From positions 64,529 through 128,528 of the forward strand of contig JBAUPV010000006.1 in the NCBI GenBank assembly GCA_049580385.1: 64,000 nucleotides of DNA, written 5' to 3'. Source of the DNA: Desulfobaccales bacterium (GTDB lineage: Bacteria > Desulfobacterota > Desulfobaccia > Desulfobaccales > 0-14-0-80-60-11). This document shows positions 54,058 to 61,447 of this stretch, one piece after another. Position 1 is the stretch's first letter; each line of letters opens with the position of its first letter. The position numbers were made by a program, and so were the translations under genes. The notes beneath the pieces were generated by a model. That model was not told the origin of the DNA. It searched no databases and worked only from the letters and a program-made list of their open reading frames with translations.

Positions 54058-55099
54058 CACCTTTGGCCAGACATTTCGGGTCACCACCTGGGGCGAGTCC
54101 CACGGGCCGGCCCTGGGCGCGGTCATTGACGGCTGTCCCCCCCGGCTGCCTTTGAGCGCCGGAGATATCCAACTGGAGTTGGAGAGGCGCCGTCCGGGGG
54201 TCCAGGACCACGCGACACCGCGGCAAGAGCCCGATCAAGTGGAAATCCTCTCCGGCGTCTTTGAGGGCCGCACCACCGGCACCCCCATCAGCCTCATCGT
54301 TTACAACCGGGACGTCAGGAGCCAGGACTACGACGCCCTGCGGGAGGTCTTCCGCCCCGGCCACGGCGACTTCACCTTTCAGGCCAAATACGGCATCCGG
54401 GACCACCGGGGCGGGGGCCGGGCCTCAGCCCGGGAAACCGTAGCCCGGGTGGCTGCGGGAACCGTGGCCCAGAAGGTTCTGGATCGGGACCAGATCCGGG
54501 TGCTGGCCTATACCCTGGAACTGGGCGGCATCCGGGCCGAAAGGATAGACGAGGCCGGCATCTGGGATAACCCCTTCTTTTGCCCGGACCCGGAGGTGGT
54601 GCCGGCCATGGCCGCCCGGGTGCAGGAAGTCAAGGCCCGGGGAGACTCCCTGGGCGGCCTGGTGCAGGTGCGGGTCCAGGGTTGCCCCCCTGGCCTGGGC
54701 GAGCCGGTCTTTGACAAGCTGGACGCCATCCTGGCCCAGGCGGTGATGTCCGTGGGTGCGGTGAAAGGGGTGGAGATCGGCGCCGGTTTCGAGGCGGCCC
54801 GCCTGCTGGGTTCGGAACACAACGATCCCCTGATCCCCGGAGGCTTCGCCTCCAACCGGGCCGGCGGCATCCTGGCGGGCATCAGCACCGGTGACGACCT
54901 GGTGGTCACCGCCGCGGTCAAACCCATTTCCTCCATCGCCCGGAAGCAGCAGACCGTTGACCTGGAGGGCCGGCCCCGCACCATCTCCGTGGGCGGCCGC
55001 CACGACATCAGCGCTATTCCCCGCATCGTCCCGGTGATCCTGGCCATGGTGCGCCTTACCCTGGCGGATTTCCTGCTGCGCCAGAGGGCCATCTCATGA
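54047..55099 (+). CDS. aroC: chorismate synthase
   Basis: [32 protein letters not shown]...RPGHGDFT...[10 protein letters not shown]...GGRHD. Confidence 0.95.
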   Translation: MAGNTFGQTFRVTTWGESHGPALGAVIDGCPPRLPLSAGDIQLELERRRPGVQDHATPRQEPDQVEILSGVFEGRTTGTPISLIVYNRDVRSQDYDALREVFRPGHGDFTFQAKYGIRDHRGGGRASARETVARVAAGTVAQKVLDRDQIRVLAYTLELGGIRAERIDEAGIWDNPFFCPDPEVVPAMAARVQEVKARGDSLGGLVQVRVQGCPPGLGEPVFDKLDAILAQAVMSVGAVKGVEIGAGFEAARLLGSEHNDPLIPGGFASNRAGGILAGISTGDDLVVTAAVKPISSIARKQQTVDLEGRPRTISVGGRHDISAIPRIVPVILAMVRLTLADFLLRQRAIS

Positions 55100-55857
55100 C
55101 CGTAAAGATCGGCCTGATCGGGGGCCGCGGCCAGATGGGCCGCTGGTTCCAGCACTTCTTCGCCTCCCAGGGCCTGGAAGTGCTGGTGGCGGACCTGGAT
55201 ACGGAGCAGACTTCCCAGGAAGTGGCCAGTCTCTCCGACGTGGTGATGCTGGCCGTGCCCATTCCCGAGGTAGCCAAGACCGCCCGGGCCCTGGCCCCTC
55301 ATCTCCAGCCCCAGGCCGCCTTGATGGACCTGACTTCGGTTAAACAGGCCCCCATGGACGCCATGATGGCCCACTTCCCGGGGGAAGTGGTGGGAACCCA
55401 CCCCCTTTTCGGTCCCCTCGCCACAGACATCGCCGGCCAAACCGTGGTCCTCTGCCCTGGCCGGGGGGAGCGCTGGTTCAACTGGCTGAGCGATCTCCTT
55501 ACCAACGCCGGGGCCCGGGTGAAGATCACCACCGCCAAAGAACACGACCGCCTCATGTCCGTGGTCCAGGGCCTGGCTCATTTCAGCCTCATCGCTCTGG
55601 AGATGGCTATCCGGGAACTGGGGATGGCTCCCCAGGACCTGGAGGATTTTGCCACCCCCACGTTTTCTACCATGCACCACCTGGCCCGGCGCCTCTTCAC
55701 CCAGGACGCCAAGCTCTATGCCTGCATCCAACTGCAGAACCCCGCCAACCGGGCGGCGCTGCGGGCCCTGGAAGACGCGGTGGCCGATATCCTCTATTTT
55801 ATCCAGCGCCAAAACGCCGACGGCCTGGTTAAACTCATCGAGAGCATCAGTAAGTAA
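55096..55857 (+). CDS. tyrA: prephenate dehydrogenase
   Basis: [15 protein letters not shown]...LTSVK...VGTHPLFGP...[15 protein letters not shown]. It overlaps the aroC stop (ATGA). Confidence 0.85.
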   Translation: MTVKIGLIGGRGQMGRWFQHFFASQGLEVLVADLDTEQTSQEVASLSDVVMLAVPIPEVAKTARALAPHLQPQAALMDLTSVKQAPMDAMMAHFPGEVVGTHPLFGPLATDIAGQTVVLCPGRGERWFNWLSDLLTNAGARVKITTAKEHDRLMSVVQGLAHFSLIALEMAIRELGMAPQDLEDFATPTFSTMHHLARRLFTQDAKLYACIQLQNPANRAALRALEDAVADILYFIQRQNADGLVKLIESISK

Positions 55858-55969
55858 AGGCAAAAGTAAAAAGTAAAAAGGCAAAATAAAAGCAAAAAAC
55901 TACCAAAAGCAAAAAAAAACCAGATTTTTTTTCTTTTTACTTTTTACTTTTTACTTTTTCCTTTTTTTT
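55854..55969. repeat. inverted heptamer arrays GTAAAAA / TTTTTAC (A-rich arm, T-rich arm)
   Basis: gtaaaggcaaaagtaaaaagtaaaaaggcaaaataaaagcaaaaaa... / ...ttttttttctttttactttttactttttactttttcc, between tyrA and serS. Confidence 0.85.
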
Positions 55970-55978
55970 GGGGGAATT

Positions 55979-57262
55979 ATGCTCGACCTGAAATTTGTCC
56001 GGGGCCATCTACCGGAAGTGGAACAGGCCATGAAAAACCGGGGGCTGAAGGTCTCCCTGGCTGACTTTCTCCACCACGAAGGCGAACGCCGCCGTCTGCT
56101 GACCCGGGAAGAGGAACTGCGGCGCCAGCGCAATAGCCTGTCTCAGGAAATCGGGGTCCTCATCAAGAAGGGAGCAGAGGAAGAGGCCAAGGTCCTTAGA
56201 GTCAGGGTGGCGGTGATCAATGAGGATATCCGTGACCTGGAGGCCGGGGCGGAGCAACACGACGCCTGGGTGCGGGATTTTCTCCTGACCTTGCCCAACC
56301 TGCCGCACGCCTCTGTGCCCCTGGGCGCCTCAAGCGATGACAACCCGGTGGTCAAAACCTGGGGCAAGCCCCCCGCCTTCGCTTTCCCCGCCCGGCCCCA
56401 TTGGGAGATCGGGGAAGCCCTGGGAATTCTCGATTTCGAGCGGGCCGCCAAGATCACCGGCGCTCGCTTCGCCCTGCTCTGGGGCGCCGGCGCGGCCCTG
56501 GAGCGGGCCCTCATCAACTTCATGCTGGACCTGCACACCCGCCGGCACGGCTATCTGGAGACGCTGCCCCCCTTCATGACCAACGCCGATTCCATGCGGG
56601 CAACCGGCCAACTCCCCAAGTTCCGGGATGACCTCTTCAAGCTGGAGGGCTGGGACTATTTCCTGGTACCCACCGCCGAGGTGCCGGTGACCAACATTCA
56701 CCGGGACGAAATCCTCCCGGCCGAAAACCTGCCGCTGCGTTACACTGCCTATACTCCCTGCTTCCGCTCCGAGGCCGGCTCCCATGGCAAGGACGTCCGG
56801 GGCCTGATCCGCCAGCACCAGTTTGACAAGGTGGAGTTGGTGAAATTCACCACTCCCGAAACTTCCTACGAGGAGCTGGAGGGCCTGCGTGGGGATGCGG
56901 AAATGGTCCTCCAGGAATTGGGGCTCCCTTACCGGGTGGTGGAATTGTGCACCGGAGACCTGGGCTTCGCCGCGGCCAAGACCTACGACCTCGAGGTCTG
57001 GCTGCCGGGCCAGGGGCTCTACCGGGAGATCTCCTCCTGCAGCAACTTTGAGGACTACCAGGCCCGGCGCGCCGCCATCCGCCTGCGCCGCCCCGGGGCC
57101 AAAGGCACCGAGCTGGTCCACACCCTGAATGGCTCCGGCCTGGCCGTGGGCCGCACCCTGGTGGCCATCCTGGAAAACTATCAGCGTGAGGACGGCACCG
57201 TCCTGATTCCTGAAAAGCTGCGACCTTACCTACACGGGATGGAGAAAATCGGTAAGCAGTGA
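55979..57262 (+). CDS. serS: seryl-tRNA synthetase
   Basis: MLDLKFVR N-terminal coiled coil and class II motifs ([43 protein letters not shown]). Confidence 0.95.
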   Translation: MLDLKFVRGHLPEVEQAMKNRGLKVSLADFLHHEGERRRLLTREEELRRQRNSLSQEIGVLIKKGAEEEAKVLRVRVAVINEDIRDLEAGAEQHDAWVRDFLLTLPNLPHASVPLGASSDDNPVVKTWGKPPAFAFPARPHWEIGEALGILDFERAAKITGARFALLWGAGAALERALINFMLDLHTRRHGYLETLPPFMTNADSMRATGQLPKFRDDLFKLEGWDYFLVPTAEVPVTNIHRDEILPAENLPLRYTAYTPCFRSEAGSHGKDVRGLIRQHQFDKVELVKFTTPETSYEELEGLRGDAEMVLQELGLPYRVVELCTGDLGFAAAKTYDLEVWLPGQGLYREISSCSNFEDYQARRAAIRLRRPGAKGTELVHTLNGSGLAVGRTLVAILENYQREDGTVLIPEKLRPYLHGMEKIGKQ

Positions 57263-57546
57263 GCGGTGAGCAGTGAGCGGTAATTCACGAGCCTTTGGCT
57301 CACCCGAAACGATGAAAAATCTGCACCTTTCGGAACAGGTAGCCATAGGGCGGCCCGTGGCCGCCAATCAGAAGCCGGATGGGCTTCATTCATCCCGGCG
57401 GCCACGGGCCGCCCTATAAAAGGTGAACAGGCGAGACGCCTGCGCCACTGATGCCTAAGTATTTTTTGAGACAGGTTTGATTATCGATAAGTTTTTCTGC
57501 TCACTGCTCACCGCTCACTGCTCACTGGCTACTGTTTACTGCTCAC
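57252..57546. repeat. composite element: GTGAGCA x4 array, three GC hairpin units, then TGCTCAC x7 array in inverted orientation
   Basis: 57252-57281 gtaagca gtgagcg gtgagca gtgagcg. Interior units: agggcggcccgtggccgcc, ggcggccacgggccgccctata, acaggcgagacgcctgcgccac. 57498-57546 holds seven TGCTCAC-type units. Confidence 0.85.
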
Positions 57547-58766
57547 TTCGTCGCCCGCACCCGGTCGTTGGCATTGAAGGGGCCGCCGTTCAGCGCGGTA
57601 GCCTCCGCCCCGGTATTCCCTATCAGGTCCGTCACCTTTACTTCCCCCTGGGTCACGTCGGAGGTGTATCCCAGGACGGCGCCGGTGGTGGGGTTAACCA
57701 CCTCTTTGCCCGGGACCACCACCTTCAGGACGTCTCCCACCTTGAGGCCGGTGTTCTGCCCCATGTTGAGATAAACCTTGCCGTTTTTGACAAAATCGAC
57801 CCGGCCAAACCAGCTGATGTTCATCAGATCGCCGCCCACCCGCAGGGAGTTGTCCTTGGCGAACTTGTCCGCCGCCTCGGCGTTCACGGCGCCGGTAACG
57901 GAGCTGGCTAAGGATTCCTCCTTGACCCCGGTAAACGTGTCGTAAACCTGCAGGGCCATGGCCGCCGGCTGGCCTTGCGAAGGCGGCACGATGCCGGTCA
58001 GCACTATGCCCTGCACCCCCAGGATGTCACCCAGGGCCTTGATGTTGGGCGCCTGGCTCACCTTCCCAATGAGCGCCGCCTTGCCCAGGGCCTCCTTGAC
58101 CGCGCTCGCGTCCGCCACGCGGATGTCCTTGCCCCGCCCCAGGGATTCCCCGAGCGTCACGGCCAGGGTGCGGTTGACGCCGTCATAACTGGAGGGCGTA
58201 TCCAGGTCGGGGATAACCGCCACGGAGCGCCCCGGATACGGGCCCTTGGCTCCTCCCGCCTGGGACATATAGCCGCTCACCCCCTGTTCCCGGAGGATGC
58301 GGTCCACCTCGGCCTTCACCAGTTCCTGCAGCTGATCAGGAGGAAGACTCTTGCCCTGGGCCTGCGCTTGTTGCTTAGTAACAGCCTTGGCCAGGGATTG
58401 GACCAGGTAATCCTGCATGGTGTGGAATTCCTTGCCCTTCTCCACGTAGACATATTCCGGCTGATTCGGGTAGGTAAGCCAGTAGGGATTCTTGCTGCGG
58501 ACATAAGGCTTGCCGTCGATCATCACCGTCTCTTGCTGGGATTCAGGGGGGACGGTCTCAACCGCCGCCTCTTCTTTTTCTTCACTGGGATATCCCGCCC
58601 AAGTCTTCATCTTCTCCCAACTGGTGCTGCAGCCCATAAAGACGGGGGCCGAAAAAGCCAGAAACAGGAGTGCCGATAGCAGGCCGCCAATTGACTTCCT
58701 GAAAAGCGGGTTTCCGGTTTTCGGTTTTCGGTTTTCGGTAAAATCCAAGAGGTTCTTTAACATCAT
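57543..58766 (-). CDS. lipoprotein of unknown function
   Basis: Signal peptide plus lipobox LLSALLFLAFSAPVFMGC. The N-terminus (DFTENRKPKTGNP) is encoded by a CCGAAAA heptamer array, so the start is uncertain. The stop lies inside the GTGAGCA array. Confidence 0.5.
   Translation of the reverse strand: MMLKNLLDFTENRKPKTGNPLFRKSIGGLLSALLFLAFSAPVFMGCSTSWEKMKTWAGYPSEEKEEAAVETVPPESQQETVMIDGKPYVRSKNPYWLTYPNQPEYVYVEKGKEFHTMQDYLVQSLAKAVTKQQAQAQGKSLPPDQLQELVKAEVDRILREQGVSGYMSQAGGAKGPYPGRSVAVIPDLDTPSSYDGVNRTLAVTLGESLGRGKDIRVADASAVKEALGKAALIGKVSQAPNIKALGDILGVQGIVLTGIVPPSQGQPAAMALQVYDTFTGVKEESLASSVTGAVNAEAADKFAKDNSLRVGGDLMNISWFGRVDFVKNGKVYLNMGQNTGLKVGDVLKVVVPGKEVVNPTTGAVLGYTSDVTQGEVKVTDLIGNTGAEATALNGGPFNANDRVRATK
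58709..58742. repeat. heptamer array TTTCCGG/TTTTCGG x about 5
   Basis: gtttccggttttcggttttcggttttcggtaaaa. Confidence 0.85.
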
Positions 58767-58898
58767 ATTATCCCTTTATTATTCTTTGATTTAAGATTTC
58801 GATTTTCGATAAAAAAGAATAAAGAATTCCTTGAAGACATGATCACCGCGGCAACGCTCTAAACTTCCCAAACGGCAAGGTTTCCAGCAAGACCCTAA

Positions 58899-58922
58899 CC
58901 GCAAACCGGAAACCGAAAACCA
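58899..58922. repeat. heptamer array CCGAAAA-type x about 3
   Basis: ccgcaaaccggaaaccgaaaacc. Confidence 0.8.
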
Positions 58923-58925
58923 TCT

Positions 58926-59291
58926 TTACGATATCCCTTTCGCTAGTCCCTTGATCATCTTCCTGGTCCTGTCGAGAGTGGCCAGAAACGGATTTAAATC
59001 CTCCTGGGTCAGGTAATCTATTTCTTTGGCAATTATCAGTTGGGTTTCTAACTCAGCTATCGAGCCCAAACTGATAGCTAGAAATTGCTTGAATTCTTTG
59101 GCCGAATTCCGGCCCTGGCCTTCAGCAATATTGGAAGGAATAGATACTGCGGCTCTTCTCATCTGATTGGTCAAACCGAAATTCTCTGAAGGCGGAAACT
59201 TACTGGTCAGTTTATAAAGCTTCCCGGCAAGGTCTATGGATAACTTCCATACTTCCAAATCTTGAAACGATCTCGATTTCGTTTTGGTCAT
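58926..59291 (-). CDS. four-helix-bundle protein (23S rRNA intervening-sequence protein / bAvd-like family)
   Basis: FQDLEVWKLSIDLAGKLYKLTSKFP..E.FGLTNQMRRAAVSIPSNIAEGQGR.S.KEFKQFLAISLGSIAELETQL. A sampled line is about 40% GC. Confidence 0.8.
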   Translation of the reverse strand: MTKTKSRSFQDLEVWKLSIDLAGKLYKLTSKFPPSENFGLTNQMRRAAVSIPSNIAEGQGRNSAKEFKQFLAISLGSIAELETQLIIAKEIDYLTQEDLNPFLATLDRTRKMIKGLAKGIS

Positions 59292-59320
59292 TTGCCCCTG
59301 AACCGAAATACAATCTCAGG

Positions 59321-59356
59321 TTTTACCGAAAACCGAAAACCGGAAACCGAAAACCG
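59321..59356. repeat. heptamer array CCGAAAA x about 4.5
   Basis: ttttaccgaaaaccgaaaaccggaaaccgaaaaccg. Confidence 0.85.
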
Positions 59357-59424
59357 TCTTTAACAACAAAAAAGCCCACAGGGATATTACCCCGTGGGCT
59401 TTTGGAAGTCAACTAGCTTTTGGG

Positions 59425-60837
59425 TTAGAAGTAGAAATACCCGACGAACTCTACGCGGTGTTCGTCCCCCATCTTAGATGGCGATCCTGAGTTTCCTGAT
59501 GCTGACGCGATTGGATTCTGTGACTCCACGCCTGCTTGAGTGAAATAGGCGTTGGTCAGGTAGTCGGTGTGCACATAGGAATACTGCAGACCGAACTTGA
59601 GGGCCGCGATGGGCCGCCACCACAGGGTGGCGTCCACTTCCTGCTGGTCCTTCGTCTGAGCGTAGGGAGAGGTGTAAAAATACTCCCACCCCGTATTGGT
59701 CTCATACTTGGTGAAGCCGTAGGCGGCGTTCGCGTACCACTGGTTGGTGAAGTAGTACTGCAGTTCGCCGTAGGCGCCATACTGCCTCAGACATTCCTCG
59801 TTAACGGCGTGGCCGCGGTTGCTAAAATTGGCATCATACTTGAAGACGTTGGTGCCGTCGCCGGAAAGCCCGAAGGCATAGAGGTCTTGGCCGATAAACG
59901 GCACCGCGATGAAGTGCATGGTCCCGGCCAGGTTGTCGGTGTGGGTCGGGATGATCGGGATGAACAGAGAGCCCTGGATCTCCCAGGGTTGGAGATAGGT
60001 GTTGGCCCACGTTGCAGTGGAGGAGAACCCTTGGTAGTTCGTTAAAGAGTCGTTATAAGTAGTCCGCGAGACATTGCGCTGCCAGCCGCCGGTGACTTCC
60101 GCGGTGAAGCCCATGGGATGGCCGTAATAGGCGGCCTTGCCCCACAAGTCGGCCTGGTACTTGACTTGCCCATTGAGCTGGGGCGTTGCCGAGGCGTTGC
60201 CGCTGGTGTAACCAGTATTATAAGGATCCGCTGACGTCCCCTCGATAAACTGGGGATCGGCAATCGCACCGGCCAAACTCCAATGTCCACCCGCACCATC
60301 CATGAACCCCTGGGTAAAGCGGATCTGCGGGAGACGGTACCCGGAGGGGTCGCCGACGGCCAGGAAGGGGCCGTCTTGAGCAACTTCCGGGGTCCAATCG
60401 GCGAATAAGCTCCAGTACTGGCCGAACATCAGTTCGGTGTCCCCGGGCCAGTTCAAACGGAACATGGCGTGCCGCAAACGCGGGGTGTACGGGTTGCTGG
60501 TGCTGAAGGTTCCGGCACCAGTCGATACTCCAGTTTCAGAAGCGTTATTCTCGAAGTCCATTTCGAGGAAGCCGGTGAGCTTGGCTCCCAGGACGTCGGG
60601 CCCCTTGATGGTGAAGTTGAACCGGGAACCCATGGCCGTCATGCGGAAGTTGCCATGTTGGCCGTTGGGGTCGTTGTTGCGCGGGACGGGGCTATTCATG
60701 TAGGCGCCGTTCTGGGTGGAATCCCAGTAGGAATCCAACTTGATATAGCCGCCCAGGGTGAATTCGGTGGCGGCAAAGGCAGCCGCGGGCACCAGCAGGG
60801 ACAAGACTACTGCGAAGATCAAGATTTTTTTCATCAT
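59425..60837 (-). CDS. outer-membrane porin (beta-barrel)
   Basis: Signal peptide MMKKILIFAVVLSLLVPAAAFA. Alternating aromatic/Gly-rich beta-strand pattern. The C-terminus ends ...VEFVGYFYF. Confidence 0.65.
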   Translation of the reverse strand: MMKKILIFAVVLSLLVPAAAFAATEFTLGGYIKLDSYWDSTQNGAYMNSPVPRNNDPNGQHGNFRMTAMGSRFNFTIKGPDVLGAKLTGFLEMDFENNASETGVSTGAGTFSTSNPYTPRLRHAMFRLNWPGDTELMFGQYWSLFADWTPEVAQDGPFLAVGDPSGYRLPQIRFTQGFMDGAGGHWSLAGAIADPQFIEGTSADPYNTGYTSGNASATPQLNGQVKYQADLWGKAAYYGHPMGFTAEVTGGWQRNVSRTTYNDSLTNYQGFSSTATWANTYLQPWEIQGSLFIPIIPTHTDNLAGTMHFIAVPFIGQDLYAFGLSGDGTNVFKYDANFSNRGHAVNEECLRQYGAYGELQYYFTNQWYANAAYGFTKYETNTGWEYFYTSPYAQTKDQQEVDATLWWRPIAALKFGLQYSYVHTDYLTNAYFTQAGVESQNPIASASGNSGSPSKMGDEHRVEFVGYFYF

Positions 60838-61026
60838 TCCCCCCTTGTAATTTGGAAAGTAGGTTACCAGTTTCTCCTTTCCGTAAATGCCTAAATAGCT
60901 CTTTTAACTGACTTTATCCCACCTCCTTTCTCTCTCTCGGTTTTATCCAGCGCCATATTAGACTGGCCTACAATTTTTGTCAATAAAAAATTGCAAAAAA
61001 ATTGCACTCCCCTAAAGAGATGGTTA

Positions 61027-61447
61027 TGGTTCCGGTTTCCGGTTTCCGGTGGGGGGTCCCAGAAAAAATTAGGGCGGCCTGGGGCCGCCTAAAATCGGCG
61101 GACACAGCCCGCCCTATAACTGCGGACACAGGCTGGAAGCCTGTGCCACTAAAGGCCCTTTTTTTCCTCGTTCCCAGGATGGGAAAAAATGGTTTCCAGT
61201 TTTCGGTTTTCGGTTTTCGGTAAGGGGTCACGGCACCGGTTGGCGGGTGGCTGAACCTGCTTCCGGTGGCACAGGCGTCTCGCCTGGGCAGCGCCGATTA
61301 AAGCTTATAGAAGACTGGTTTGGTTTTCTGTCTCTGGTAGGGAGCTTTGTCCTTGATTTTGCCTTTGACTTCACCGAAAACCGAAAACCGGAAACCGAAA
61401 ACGGTCTTCTGACGGTCTTCTATTGGAAAAGCGAAAACCAGAAACTG
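61027..61447. repeat. large mosaic repeat region (heptamer arrays in both orientations plus GC hairpin units)
   Basis: ggttccggtttccggtttccgg; agggcggcctggggccgcct; ggcggacacagcccgccctata; cggacacaggctggaagcctgtgccactaaaggccc; tttccagttttcggttttcggttttcgg; ggtggcacaggcgtctcgcctggg; caccgaaaaccgaaaaccggaaaccgaaaac. Confidence 0.85.

Noticed and set aside
58926-59291. Diversity-generating retroelement around the bAvd-like four-helix-bundle gene
   Set aside because: No reverse transcriptase ORF and no template/variable repeat pair within several kb. The flanking repeats are simple heptamers.
18031-61447. Heptamer and hairpin repeat clusters considered as a possible CRISPR array
   Set aside because: The repeat units are 7 nt or 18-36 nt hairpins with no regular 25-40 nt repeat/unique-spacer alternation. 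No cas genes are present in the window.
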